From a virus (lineage: Duplodnaviria > Caudoviricetes): a stretch of 64,000 nucleotides of DNA. A program made the translations under genes and the position numbers. Shown piece after piece: positions 19,347-29,107 of this stretch; the stretch's first letter is position 1; each line of letters starts with the position of its first letter. The stretch spans positions 11,047-75,046 of the IMG/VR virus record IMGVR_UViG_3300046408_000009, one strand, 5' to 3'. The notes beneath the pieces were generated by a model that saw only the letters and a list, made by a program, of their open reading frames with translations, was not told the DNA's origin and ran no database searches.

Positions 19347-20387
19347 CTACAGCCCAGTGATCTCCATAACAGCCCACGGATTCGTGACGAACATCACGGG
19401 ACGAACCGATGACTGAGTCCACGCACGCTGGTGGTCGGGGTCATCCCACGTCTGAGTCATTAACGGCTGCTCCAAGCGCATCTCGCCAAGTTGACCAGAC
19501 GCAACGGCGTACGCCGTTCCGAGAGGGACACGGTTCGACGCGTAGAGGTCGTCGTAACCGGCGTCCTCCAGCATCTGGGTGAGACCATCGCGATAAAACA
19601 GGCGCAACGAGTTCAACTGAACGGGGTTGATCAGCATGGTGTCATACTGAATGCCCAACTCAGCCTGGTCCGCCAACATCTGTGGTCGCGAGAAGTCCGC
19701 GCCAGGGGTGAGGGGCGGAGCCGTGGGGTTCGCGCCCGCAGGAATGGCAGTCTCCCAGTTGTTACCAACGTAGGTGGACATTCCGTTGTTCGCGGCGACG
19801 GCGGCATTGACTGCGGCGATGGCGCGAGTGTTCAACTTGCGAACAATCGTGTTGCCCAGTCGGACGAGTTCGTTGCGGAACGCAACGGCCTCGTTGCGGT
19901 CGCGGGCTTCGTACGAGACCCAGAACTTTCCACCGTACTTCTCGACGGATGCAACCTTCGGCACGCGGCGAATCGAGGTGACGACCGGGAATTCCTGTCC
20001 GGGCGAGACCGGCTCGACATCACGCAACAGATAGATGTCGTTGGCCACGACCACGTCGTAGACAACCGCACCACCAGTAACGCCACCGTTCGAGGTGAAG
20101 AGTCGATCCAGTACGAACCGTGACAAGGTCAGGTCCATCAGGAACGAAGTCACTCGCGTGGGCTGTTGGAGCATGATGTCCACCGTGATGTCCGTACCCG
20201 ACATGATTGGCGAGGCCAGCGGGTGCTCGATTGGGTTGACGAGGTCCGATGCACCCATGATGCGAGGGACTTCAAGTCCCATCGACTCATAGCGTCGGTT
20301 CCAAGTTCCAGAACGTGAACCCCTCACGAGGGTTGGAATCTCCAGTTCAGATTCGACCGTGATTCGTGGCGTGGTGTGCTTTCCCAT
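19347..20387 (-). CDS. Major capsid protein
   Basis: 346 aa after the decoration gene; VEKYGGKF, EARDRN, YASNRVP, WTQSSVRPVMFVTNP: phage cap-E-like HK97 fold. Confidence 0.85.
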   Translation of the reverse strand: MGKHTTPRITVESELEIPTLVRGSRSGTWNRRYESMGLEVPRIMGASDLVNPIEHPLASPIMSGTDITVDIMLQQPTRVTSFLMDLTLSRFVLDRLFTSNGGVTGGAVVYDVVVANDIYLLRDVEPVSPGQEFPVVTSIRRVPKVASVEKYGGKFWVSYEARDRNEAVAFRNELVRLGNTIVRKLNTRAIAAVNAAVAANNGMSTYVGNNWETAIPAGANPTAPPLTPGADFSRPQMLADQAELGIQYDTMLINPVQLNSLRLFYRDGLTQMLEDAGYDDLYASNRVPLGTAYAVASGQLGEMRLEQPLMTQTWDDPDHQRAWTQSSVRPVMFVTNPWAVMEITGL

Positions 20388-20396
20388 GTTCCCTCG

Positions 20397-20786
20397 TTAG
20401 TTGTAGATAGCGATCATTGCGTCACTGCCAGGGGTCGCCGCGTTAAGGCACATACCCGCAACGCGGTGCCCAATGGTGGTGTCCCAAGCAATTGCATTTC
20501 CTGAAGCGTCTGACATCACTTCCTGCCCTGCGGTGAGTGCACCAGCACCACACGTGACTGGGAGAATTCCGTGGCGAACAATACCGAACCACTGACCAGT
20601 CGCCACGTTGTACTCCGCAACCCCGAAAGGCTTAGCATTCGCGGGGCACGTAGCGGCCTGGAGGGTGAGGTCGGAAGCGAGGTTCCCAGAGATGGCAACG
20701 AACGTCTTGCCCACGACCGGTGCTGTCGCGGTAGCAGATACGCGATCACCCGGTTCGAAATAAGGAATCATGCTATTCAATGGCAT
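20397..20786 (-). CDS. Capsid decoration/cement protein (DUF2190-like)
   Basis: FGVAEY...GILPVTCGAGALTAGQEVMSDASGNA. Confidence 0.85.
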   Translation of the reverse strand: MPLNSMIPYFEPGDRVSATATAPVVGKTFVAISGNLASDLTLQAATCPANAKPFGVAEYNVATGQWFGIVRHGILPVTCGAGALTAGQEVMSDASGNAIAWDTTIGHRVAGMCLNAATPGSDAMIAIYN

Positions 20787-22315
20787 CAGTCACTCCCAAC
20801 TGTGATACGGCTTGCGAAGCGACGTTGTGCCGCTCTGATCGTGGGCTTCCAGTCATCAGGGTATGCACTGTCGACAGCGACGGTCTCCGTGCTGCCTTCG
20901 TGTCCCCGCTCCTTGATCGGTACGAGACCGGATTCGAGGGAAGCGAGCAACGTCTTCGTGCCTTCGGGGTCAGCCTTGAACAAAGCCTCGTAGTGGTCGC
21001 GGCGAGCGGGCGGAATCTTGCCAGCCTTGATTGCACCATCGAGAACGCTGGCACGGAGTTGATTGTCACGCTCCACGACCAGTTCTCGCGATGCGGCGAC
21101 ACCCTGACGAAGATCATCAAGGATCGACTGATCGATCAGTGCCATTCCTTCCGGAATGGCGGGGGATACAACAACCGGCTCGACTACCGGTGCGGGAGTT
21201 TCGACTGGAACAGTCGACTCAACTGCAGGAGCGACTACCGGAGTAGTCAACTTTGCAGATAAGGCCGCGTTGATCTCATCCTCAGTTGCTTCAGGCGTAA
21301 GCCCCAGCGTCTGAAGAACTTCGGCAGATAGTTGCATATCTGTTCCCTTCTGATTCGTTGGTGGGAGTGTAGCACTAATCGCATCCCTAACGCGGGGTCG
21401 ACCGGCCATTACTGGATTACCAAATCTTTTCGCAACACTTTGGCCAGCCGCAATGATGTCCACATATTGAATGCGAACCTCTTGCGACTCTCCAAACGTC
21501 ACAGCATCGATTCCGTCTTTTGTCGATTTGAGGCTGTAAGGAATTCGGAAAAGATGTCCCGCGTCATCGTCAACAATGAGTTCCATAGGGTCAACGCGAA
21601 CTTCGCGAATCCACCACCAATAAAATTCTGGATCGGCAGACGGACCACTATAGAAAGCGTTAACCACATCATCAATTGACGCGTCAGCCATGATCGTGGG
21701 GTTGACGTTCGAGCGAGCCGCTGCGATGTAGTGAGCATCCTCTAGTCGCACAAGAACTTCAGGACCACCGGCATGCTTCGAAAGGATGTGGTCATTCTCT
21801 TCGACCGGAATCAAAATAGGTGCGTCGGTACCGTAGAGCATTTTCACATCCTCAAGACACGAGATAGCGGGGTACGCTTCGCCCAATAATGCAACGGCCT
21901 CCAAAACAAACGGCCACTCGTTACCGGAACGTAGCGTCATAGCGAAATGACCTTCAATGGACCGACGCGGGAATGCACTGGCCATGCATTCTGCGAGCCA
22001 GCGCGGAACACCCGTGAGGTCCCCCAACAATGTCTGCTTATTCTCGGATAGGTGCAAATTTTCAATGCGACCCAACGAGGGAGTGCCGTCAAAGCGAGGA
22101 TCAGTATGTCCAAGTTTGACGATGGGAGTACGGACGAACGGATCGGCTTGTGATGCAATTGCTGATTGCAAATCTTCCAGCGTAATGGTGAAGACACCAG
22201 TGGAACAAAACCAGTCTTCGCCCACCTCCATCAGTTCAATGTTGGGGACGGTGACGAGAGCGGAAGGTGTGTCGGTTGCCACGGATGCGGCGATGCGAGC
22301 ACTGGGTCTCTTCAT
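20786..22315 (-). CDS. Mu-like prohead protease fused to scaffold (likely internal start at 21337)
   Basis: KLGHTD...SLGRIENL...FPRRSIEG protease region; C-terminal LDGAIKAGKIPPARRDHY scaffold; internal GAAGGGA-N6-ATG at 21337. Confidence 0.8.
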   Translation of the reverse strand: MKRPSARIAASVATDTPSALVTVPNIELMEVGEDWFCSTGVFTITLEDLQSAIASQADPFVRTPIVKLGHTDPRFDGTPSLGRIENLHLSENKQTLLGDLTGVPRWLAECMASAFPRRSIEGHFAMTLRSGNEWPFVLEAVALLGEAYPAISCLEDVKMLYGTDAPILIPVEENDHILSKHAGGPEVLVRLEDAHYIAAARSNVNPTIMADASIDDVVNAFYSGPSADPEFYWWWIREVRVDPMELIVDDDAGHLFRIPYSLKSTKDGIDAVTFGESQEVRIQYVDIIAAGQSVAKRFGNPVMAGRPRVRDAISATLPPTNQKGTDMQLSAEVLQTLGLTPEATEDEINAALSAKLTTPVVAPAVESTVPVETPAPVVEPVVVSPAIPEGMALIDQSILDDLRQGVAASRELVVERDNQLRASVLDGAIKAGKIPPARRDHYEALFKADPEGTKTLLASLESGLVPIKERGHEGSTETVAVDSAYPDDWKPTIRAAQRRFASRITVGSD

Positions 22316-22346
22316 GATGACGGACTATAACACACGGTCAGAATAT
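22316..22346 (-). promoter_or_regulatory. Extended -10 promoter (TGt-TATAGT), near-leaderless, for the protease/capsid operon
   Basis: Minus strand gtgTGtTATAGTccgtcatcATG. Confidence 0.55.
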
Positions 22347-22730
22347 TTATTGATTCCAATTTGATGCCGCTTGGAATTCAGGTGCGGTAGCGCCAACAAA
22401 TTTTCCAGCGGCAGTGTGCCGACCGGTATACACGGGAACTGGTCGCGGGGGAATGAAAGGCTTGATCGGTGGTGGCGCGACGTCCGCCATCCACGCGTGC
22501 TTCGTTACTCCGTTCGCCGCCATCAATCCCACGTAGAACATTGGGTCGTAGTCTGCGTTGAGCCACAACTGATCGGGGGTCAGTGCCCCTTCGACGGGAA
22601 CGCAACCATCCTCAATGTATGTGTTCCAATTCGAATTAACCTCGCTGCCGAAATCCGGCACGAGTCTCTTCGCGTCGTTGATGGCAATGGCGTCGGTAGC
22701 GTCCGGATCGAAGTTCTCGTAACCGGCCAT
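22347..22730 (-). CDS. Hypothetical head-region protein
   Basis: 127 aa, in operon with its neighbours. Confidence 0.6.
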   Translation of the reverse strand: MAGYENFDPDATDAIAINDAKRLVPDFGSEVNSNWNTYIEDGCVPVEGALTPDQLWLNADYDPMFYVGLMAANGVTKHAWMADVAPPPIKPFIPPRPVPVYTGRHTAAGKFVGATAPEFQAASNWNQ

Positions 22731-22733
22731 GCG

Positions 22734-23156
22734 TTACAGGTTCTGGCCAGAACCCTGGTCCGTCTGGTCGCCCTGGTATTCGAGTTCATCGAGACCATCG
22801 ACTGAATAGGTGGGGGTACCCGCCGACAGCAACTTGACGACCGCCATGTCCTCGTAGTCAAAAGGAACCAACACGGTGGAACCGGCGACAGCAGGCAGAA
22901 CCGGCGAGGTGGTGGCAGTCGGCGTCGACCCGTCGACCGTGTAGTTGATCGCGGACGCACCACTCACGTTGGTGATGCGTACGGCAACGTGCACCTTCGT
23001 AAAGGTCACCGTCGCGACAGTGGCGGCGACGAGCGTCCCGTCAAACGTTTCCACAGTGGGCGCGGGGTTAACACTCGCGTATGAACTTGGAGTGTCACTG
23101 GGAACTCCGGGGAATGTTCCAGCAGAACCACCCTGCGGAAGGTCTTGACTTGACAT
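22734..23156 (-). CDS. Small beta-sandwich structural protein
   Basis: Beta-rich 140 aa (VRITNVSG...INYTVDG); SD aaggag; TGaTACAGT extended -10 upstream. Confidence 0.6.
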   Translation of the reverse strand: MSSQDLPQGGSAGTFPGVPSDTPSSYASVNPAPTVETFDGTLVAATVATVTFTKVHVAVRITNVSGASAINYTVDGSTPTATTSPVLPAVAGSTVLVPFDYEDMAVVKLLSAGTPTYSVDGLDELEYQGDQTDQGSGQNL

Positions 23157-23208
23157 GGAATTCTCCTTGTTCGGATTCTTGTTGGCACTGTATCACATCA
23201 AATATGAA

Positions 23209-24336
23209 TCAGTTCGTTTCGTCGTCGTCGTCGCCCAGAGCATTATCGATATCGGTGTGCGCTTCATCATAGACGGCAACGATTGTCCCACGACAGCGGG
23301 GACCTCCAAGACATTCTGAATATCCACCCTGAGGGTAATCTGCTTCAGCGTCCGCGAGAGTCGCGTAATCGTGCCCGTCAATTTTTTCGCACTCCTCACA
23401 CGTATTTTTGTCGAGAAGTTCTGAACTGTAGTAGGTGCCAGCCGACTGACTGAAGACAGCCATGCGTCCCTGATTCTGCGCTTGGGTGAGTGCCCCACCC
23501 AACATATCCTCCGCGTACGAGGGAGACAGTGACGAGAGGTGATCGCCAACGAGATTCGCCACGTCCTCACCACTGAGTGCGTCGACACCGTAGCGCGTCA
23601 GTGCTTGGGTGGCCGCACTATTGGAAATACTGCGAGCCATTATCTTGCCCATTGCCGCCGACTGTCTCTGCAGAGTTCTAGTGACGTCAGAAGTATCAAT
23701 GGTGGAAAGTTTCAGTCCCTGTCTTTCGGCCTCTAGTTTTGCGTCAACAACAGAACTCTCCATCATTGCGGTCATATGCTTCAGAATCAAATCTTCTCCA
23801 GTGACCGTCGTCATGATCGCAGCGACCTGATCCGCCGATTGATTACTCACTGCATTTTGAATTTGACCTTGCAGATCAAGAATCTGTTGTTCCTTGATGT
23901 CACCCCAGCCATTGAGTAATTTCTGAATTTCGTCTTCCCAGTGTTTTTGCAACGCTTGGAAATCAGTCTTGGCGGAAAGTTCAATCTTGGTAGGGTGACG
24001 GTGACCAACGGGCGGTGGACTACTCGTAGAAAATTGTGGGGGCGGAACTCTGCCAGCCTTAACCTTATCGTCGGGTCGTATGATTTTATCGATCACCCCG
24101 ATGACTTCAAAATAATCCGATCTCGATAACAATCCTTTGGCAAAAAGTGTTTGCACTTCCGACCACGATCCCGGTGGCCCAAATGTGTCATCGGGTTCTA
24201 TTGCAGCGGTAGCCTCCGCTGTTCTTGGTGCACTCGGAACTGGTATCCACGAACGCGCAGCCCACCGCTCACCAAGTTGCTGTACGGTGATCTTTCCCTC
24301 GTTGAGTTCTGCAACGTCGTCGGCTACTTGGGTCAT
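23209..24336 (-). CDS. MuF-like head morphogenesis protein with N-terminal extra domain
   Basis: C-terminal ELLDKNTCEECEKIDG...YPQGGYSECLGGPRCRGTIV. Confidence 0.8.
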   Translation of the reverse strand: MTQVADDVAELNEGKITVQQLGERWAARSWIPVPSAPRTAEATAAIEPDDTFGPPGSWSEVQTLFAKGLLSRSDYFEVIGVIDKIIRPDDKVKAGRVPPPQFSTSSPPPVGHRHPTKIELSAKTDFQALQKHWEDEIQKLLNGWGDIKEQQILDLQGQIQNAVSNQSADQVAAIMTTVTGEDLILKHMTAMMESSVVDAKLEAERQGLKLSTIDTSDVTRTLQRQSAAMGKIMARSISNSAATQALTRYGVDALSGEDVANLVGDHLSSLSPSYAEDMLGGALTQAQNQGRMAVFSQSAGTYYSSELLDKNTCEECEKIDGHDYATLADAEADYPQGGYSECLGGPRCRGTIVAVYDEAHTDIDNALGDDDDETN

Positions 24337-24479
24337 GCGCTTCGATTCGCTGGATTCAATTTCTGGGCTAGTTTTTCTGCGTACGCTGCCCGTTCCTCGT
24401 CAGTCATCTCATTGATCTTCTTGGGCGGCTTCGAAAGAAAAACCAAGGGTTGCTTGTTCGCGTCGTCGTTATCACTCAT
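24333..24479 (-). CDS. 48-aa micro-ORF coupled between the zeta-like gene and MuF
   Basis: My translation: MSDNDDANKQPLVFLSKPPKKINEMTDEERAAYAEKLAQKLNPANRSA*. Overlaps both neighbours; below the ORF-track size cut-off. Confidence 0.7.
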   Translation of the reverse strand: MSDNDDANKQPLVFLSKPPKKINEMTDEERAAYAEKLAQKLNPANRSA

Positions 24480-26067
24480 CTTTTTTCACTCCAGTTCCAC
24501 CTGTGTTTATAGAAGCGAACGTTGATAGGTCCGTAATGGCTATCTGGTCTCGCTCCGCACCAAGTGCTTTTGCAAATTCTAGCGCATTTTCTCCGGGTGG
24601 AATCACCTGAGTTACATCCAAATATGCAAGTCCAGTGTCATTGCCCTTGTCATCAACGGCGTGCCACCCACCCAGGTACATTCCGTCTTCTGCCAATTTA
24701 TCTGCATTTGCAGACATGAACGCATCAATTTGACGACCCATGGGTGACGTGCCGTCTGGACCGATCTCGAATTGATCCGGAGTTGCCGGAATCGCGCCAG
24801 ACGAATGCGGGTCCCCCACGGCTACCGCGTAGGGTCCCTTCCCACTACCGTCACCGGTTCCCGGTGGTAAGTCGCCCGTAAACGGATCAAGGGTGAATCC
24901 TCCATCGGGATCACGAAGATCGTTGCTATGTATTGACGCCAGCGCCCCCGCCGTCGTAGTAACCGGTGCATTGGGTTTCGTGTCCGACACAATTGATCGG
25001 TCGTTGTTAACCAGAATTGCACGATCTACTTTTGGAGAGTTCTCGTCAAATGTCACACGTGGCGGAGTACGTCCATCATCGGTCAGCGGCATATTTGCAA
25101 TAATATTGAGGGGGACAAATCGACCACCGCGCTGATATCGACCAGTGGCGTTCTTAATACTCTCTTCCTTAGTGGCGTCGATAAGGATCATTGTTGTGTC
25201 GTAGTGCTCGTCGGTCACTTCCTTGATTGCATCCCAATATCTGTTGAATTGAGCATTGCTTTTCATCGTTGAGTCAATAGCGATGTTTTTGCTCTGTGCC
25301 GCCGCCTGTTGAACAATCATGCCAGCGACGGTCGACTTCTCGTCCTGTATGAGTGTGCCCACCTCTTCGGGCGATAGCCCCAGGGCACTGTAATCGGGGA
25401 TCATTCCCATGGACTGCATCACCACACCAACATCGTCGGGGTTAGCAACCACGTAACTTTTCGGATCGATACCTAACTCGGTAGCGTGTCCCGGTTGTGC
25501 ATCTTGTCCCGGTCGAGCAGCACTACCGTTGAGAAACGTCGACTTCCCCGCGCCCGGTAGTCCAGCCATGATAAGTAATTTGTGGTCGGATTCGATTCCC
25601 GGTGCGTTCAGAAAAACGTCCGCAACTTTTTGCTGTTGCTCAGTTCTTTCCTTCGTGTACATCCCCACGTGACCCTCAACCATGTCGTAGACGGATCGGG
25701 TGTCGAGTTTTTCTTTCATGCCAATGTTTTGTCGAGCAACAACATCGGTCATGTGTTCTTGTAATTCTTCGGGGGTCATATTCACCAATGCCGAAGATGG
25801 TGTTGGCGCGGGTGCACTATCGCCGCCGCCATCGCCGCCGCCATCGCCGCCGCCATCGCCGCCGCCATCGCCGCCGCCATCACTGGTCCATCGACCGTGA
25901 TCATCACGAGGCTCATCATCGTTGTACTCAGCACGCATATCAAGCAGCAACACCATTGCAGAGATCGTGGAGAAAACTGCACAGATTTCACACGCGTCAT
26001 TGTGAAAGTCAGGGTGGACGCGCTCGCGCATCTCGATGATTTCTGAGGTTGACAGAAGCCTAGGCAT
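24472..26067 (-). CDS. Zeta-toxin-like P-loop kinase fused to a C-terminal SAM-lyase-like domain
   Basis: GLPGAGKST Walker A, NPDD, NIAIDSTM, RYQRGGRFVP (zeta family); N-terminal EPRDDHGRWT plus (GGGD)5; C-terminal GGFT...YAVA...LGGWH...YLDVT...A..LG..RDQIAI.DL. Confidence 0.75.
   Translation of the reverse strand: MPRLLSTSEIIEMRERVHPDFHNDACEICAVFSTISAMVLLLDMRAEYNDDEPRDDHGRWTSDGGGDGGGDGGGDGGGDGGGDSAPAPTPSSALVNMTPEELQEHMTDVVARQNIGMKEKLDTRSVYDMVEGHVGMYTKERTEQQQKVADVFLNAPGIESDHKLLIMAGLPGAGKSTFLNGSAARPGQDAQPGHATELGIDPKSYVVANPDDVGVVMQSMGMIPDYSALGLSPEEVGTLIQDEKSTVAGMIVQQAAAQSKNIAIDSTMKSNAQFNRYWDAIKEVTDEHYDTTMILIDATKEESIKNATGRYQRGGRFVPLNIIANMPLTDDGRTPPRVTFDENSPKVDRAILVNNDRSIVSDTKPNAPVTTTAGALASIHSNDLRDPDGGFTLDPFTGDLPPGTGDGSGKGPYAVAVGDPHSSGAIPATPDQFEIGPDGTSPMGRQIDAFMSANADKLAEDGMYLGGWHAVDDKGNDTGLAYLDVTQVIPPGENALEFAKALGAERDQIAITDLSTFASINTGGTGVKKDE
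25819..25878. repeat. 12-bp tandem repeat (ATCGCCGCCGCC) x5 encoding a GGGD linker
   Basis: Five perfect units read directly. Confidence 0.95.
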
Positions 26068-26069
26068 GG

Positions 26070-27515
26070 CTAACTTTGCAGAAATTCATCCCAGGCGTGT
26101 TGATTCCGTTGCCGTTCGATGTCGCTACGTGACGCAGCGGCCTTCTTTTTCTTAGAGTCAATCGGCGTCGGGGCATCAACTTCCTCTTCCGTGTCAGTAC
26201 TATCCGTTACCGTAGAATCAGCGGCTGCAGGTACGGCAGGCATCGTGGCACTCGGGCCGGGAGGTGTTGGCGTGGTAGGACCGGGATCACTAATCCCCCA
26301 GCGATCCGTCAACCACGTACGCACCTCATCATCGACCACGATGCATCCGGCGTCGACCAGTGCGACAAAATCCGTTGCCGTAATGCGAGATTCCGGGTCC
26401 TCGTCCCACGTAAGCAGAGGTGCATTTTCATCGATACCAAAATTCCAGTCAATCATGTTTTCAACAACGTGCTTATTGGTGGTGTTCTTGTACCATCCTG
26501 CAGTCGCGTCAACACCCATCTTGAAAAAGTCAACAAACGATTCGCCCAACGCGCGTGATCCAGTCTTCGTCTGGCCCAGCAAGGAGAACATTGCTAGAAA
26601 TGCACGAGCCATTTGCGTGTCGTAGTAATCAATGGACGCCATGATGTCAGGAAGGTTTCCGGTTACACCTTGGATACCCAGCGTGCCACCGTTAGGTAGA
26701 CCAACCCCCGCCATCCCATCGGCGCGTGTTGCACGAGCCATGGTCGCGTACTGCATGACGGTTTCCCTCGTCGCACCAAGGGGGGCAGTTCCAACGGGGA
26801 TACCCATACCGAATCGCTCGTTCTTCATAGCGTCCACGCGCAACGCACGGTCCTTCAATATCCACGGCTTGTAGCACGAGCGAAGAATCGATTGACCGGT
26901 CCAGTTCGCGCCCTCACGTCCCCAGATGTACGGAGCAAGAACGTTCGCCGGAATCTTCGGACCCATCTGTGGTTCGCCAGGTCGCGGCCACTGTTGAATG
27001 CTTTCGAGTTCACTGTTCTGTTTGTTGAGATTGATGTTGGAGATCGATTGCGGCATACGCGGTGCGAGTTTCGTCAACTCCCATCTTGTTGCCGATTCGT
27101 TAATCTCTCCCACCGTCTCGAAGAACATGTATCCGTAGACCAATGACAACAACGCGTGTTCAAGGTGCATGTCGTGGTTGAAACGCATGCGCTTACGAGA
27201 AGCCGGTTCATCCACGCCACGGATCGGAAGACCTAACGCAGTTGCAACAAGTTCCGTCACTTCGTCCCGTGAACCATTGGGGTCAATGACCCAACGAGAC
27301 CTGCGGATAGGTAGAAACAACGCCTGCAAGAGTGAATAGATTTGCGCGTCAGTTCGCATGTGATGGTAAATTTTCAACGAGTTTGGCCACCGCAATTCTG
27401 CAACGTTCTCATTAATGTCTGCGGACCAAAGACTCCACGTGATGGGACTGGCGTTCGGGTACCCCACTTCCCTCGTCGGTCCGTCTTCCGTACCTGTTTG
27501 CATTTTGTCCGCCAT
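26070..27515 (-). CDS. Portal protein (Mu gp29 / DUF935-like)
   Basis: YHHMRTDAQIYSLL, GANWTGQSILRSCY, ERFGMGIP, GSRALGESF; follows TerL. Start set at ATG 27515. Confidence 0.9.
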   Translation of the reverse strand: MADKMQTGTEDGPTREVGYPNASPITWSLWSADINENVAELRWPNSLKIYHHMRTDAQIYSLLQALFLPIRRSRWVIDPNGSRDEVTELVATALGLPIRGVDEPASRKRMRFNHDMHLEHALLSLVYGYMFFETVGEINESATRWELTKLAPRMPQSISNINLNKQNSELESIQQWPRPGEPQMGPKIPANVLAPYIWGREGANWTGQSILRSCYKPWILKDRALRVDAMKNERFGMGIPVGTAPLGATRETVMQYATMARATRADGMAGVGLPNGGTLGIQGVTGNLPDIMASIDYYDTQMARAFLAMFSLLGQTKTGSRALGESFVDFFKMGVDATAGWYKNTTNKHVVENMIDWNFGIDENAPLLTWDEDPESRITATDFVALVDAGCIVVDDEVRTWLTDRWGISDPGPTTPTPPGPSATMPAVPAAADSTVTDSTDTEEEVDAPTPIDSKKKKAAASRSDIERQRNQHAWDEFLQS

Positions 27516-27534
27516 TATGGGGTCACAATACCAC

Positions 27535-29097
27535 TCACATCTGCTTCGTGAGTAAATCACCGGTAATCATGGCGTCCAAGTTCGGAGTCATCGCAGTTGG
27601 ACCCTTAGTGGGGACCAGACTATAGACAGCCGCGTCACCACGGTCGGGACTGTTGAGATGACGGGCACGCATCTCGTCCTTACTCTCAACTTGTATCTGA
27701 CCGTGCGAATTTATCTTGTAACGAATCGAGGTGAGTTGTGCAATCAATTCTTCATCATCGGGATCGAGATCAAGACGACCATCTTCTCCCGTACCGCTAT
27801 ATCCAGCCAGCCATTCACGCATTCTCCACCACCACTCACTGCGAGCGTTGAAGAACTTTGGTTTACCCCCCGGCAACACTTCGTCTTCGCTGCATCGCGC
27901 TGACGAGATCAGTGCATGGACTGGATACCCCTCTTCCGTCAAGATGTCAGTCACGCCACCGCCCACCCCCGTATCGTCAATGTTTGCAATCGGGGTATTG
28001 AGGCGACCATTACCGATCATTTGGATGTGACCGGCTAGTTCAGTAACGGGACCGTACGCGATGTCCTTGACCACCCGTAAGTGCCCACCGCGACGTAGAA
28101 CAATGATTGAATGGTCGGTACCGTAGCGAGCAACGTCCACCCCCATCCACGGATCAACGTCGACCGGTGGAATCTCGCGAGCGCACGCCAGAGTCACCAG
28201 GTGCGGGTGGATGAGAGTGTTGTTGGTGACGTTTGGGAATTTTCCACGCACGCGAGACGTGAACAACGGACTGCCAATTCCCCATCGCTTGATACGGTCA
28301 TTCACCCACGACGGCGTCACGAGAAGATCACGCACTTGCGATGGAATGGATTCGGTGCTGGGTTCGATACCCTCACTGATCATGATCGCTCGAACGGCGG
28401 GGTACTTATTCACCTCTTGCGCCGTGAAGTTAGGGCTGCGCAGCGCGTCAGCGTGAATGACGTTCCAACCCGACCCTGGTTGGCAAATCTTCTCGAAGTA
28501 ACTACTGGGATCATCGGGGTTCCCCACCGCCACGATACGGGCGAGATCGTTAGTGGCTAGCGATTCTGCGGCATCAAAAATTCCCTGTGACACTCCGCAC
28601 GCCTCGTCAACGATTACTAATACAAATCTGGCGTGAATTCCCAAGAACGACCCGGCGTCGTAGTCCGCAGGCTTACGACCGTAGGCAACGATTTCATCGG
28701 GACCCGACCCCATATCGAGTTTCCAGACACAGTCGGAAGTCAAACGTCCTCTCAACATACCCTTGCGATGTGCACGAGCGAGTTCCTTCCAAAGAATTGT
28801 TTCGACCTGGGACCACGTCGGTGCGGTCGTCACTACGAATGCTTCGCCCGGTGGGTGGGTCTCGATCCACCACGCAGACAATCGAGACGCCGTAAAAGAT
28901 TTGCCAATCGAGTTGCTGGAGTGTACAACCGTGTGCTTATTTTTCACCACACTGGCAAGGATTTCTCGTTGTTTCTCCGTGGTGTGTTCGCTCAATCGAG
29001 AGTCAATCCACCCCGCTGGGTCGTCAGCGAACGGAGATTTTGGCGGATCAAGTCGATCAGAGAAAATCGAGAGTGGATCGTACGCCTTGATATTCAT
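27535..29097 (-). CDS. terL: Terminase large subunit
   Basis: SNSIGKS Walker A, VIVDEACG Walker B, VGNP, GVDVARYGTD, SPDRGDA nuclease motifs. Start set at ATG 29097. Confidence 0.92.
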   Translation of the reverse strand: MNIKAYDPLSIFSDRLDPPKSPFADDPAGWIDSRLSEHTTEKQREILASVVKNKHTVVHSSNSIGKSFTASRLSAWWIETHPPGEAFVVTTAPTWSQVETILWKELARAHRKGMLRGRLTSDCVWKLDMGSGPDEIVAYGRKPADYDAGSFLGIHARFVLVIVDEACGVSQGIFDAAESLATNDLARIVAVGNPDDPSSYFEKICQPGSGWNVIHADALRSPNFTAQEVNKYPAVRAIMISEGIEPSTESIPSQVRDLLVTPSWVNDRIKRWGIGSPLFTSRVRGKFPNVTNNTLIHPHLVTLACAREIPPVDVDPWMGVDVARYGTDHSIIVLRRGGHLRVVKDIAYGPVTELAGHIQMIGNGRLNTPIANIDDTGVGGGVTDILTEEGYPVHALISSARCSEDEVLPGGKPKFFNARSEWWWRMREWLAGYSGTGEDGRLDLDPDDEELIAQLTSIRYKINSHGQIQVESKDEMRARHLNSPDRGDAAVYSLVPTKGPTAMTPNLDAMITGDLLTKQM

Positions 29098-29107
29098 TGA
29101 CGGAATG

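Noticed and set aside
25819-25878. CRISPR-like array suggested by short repeats (the 12-bp repeat and the TTTGCAAA repeats)
   Set aside because: The 12-mer is an in-frame linker with no spacers. The TTTGCAAA boxes are dispersed 8-mers tied to promoters. No repeat-spacer periodicity was seen in the window.
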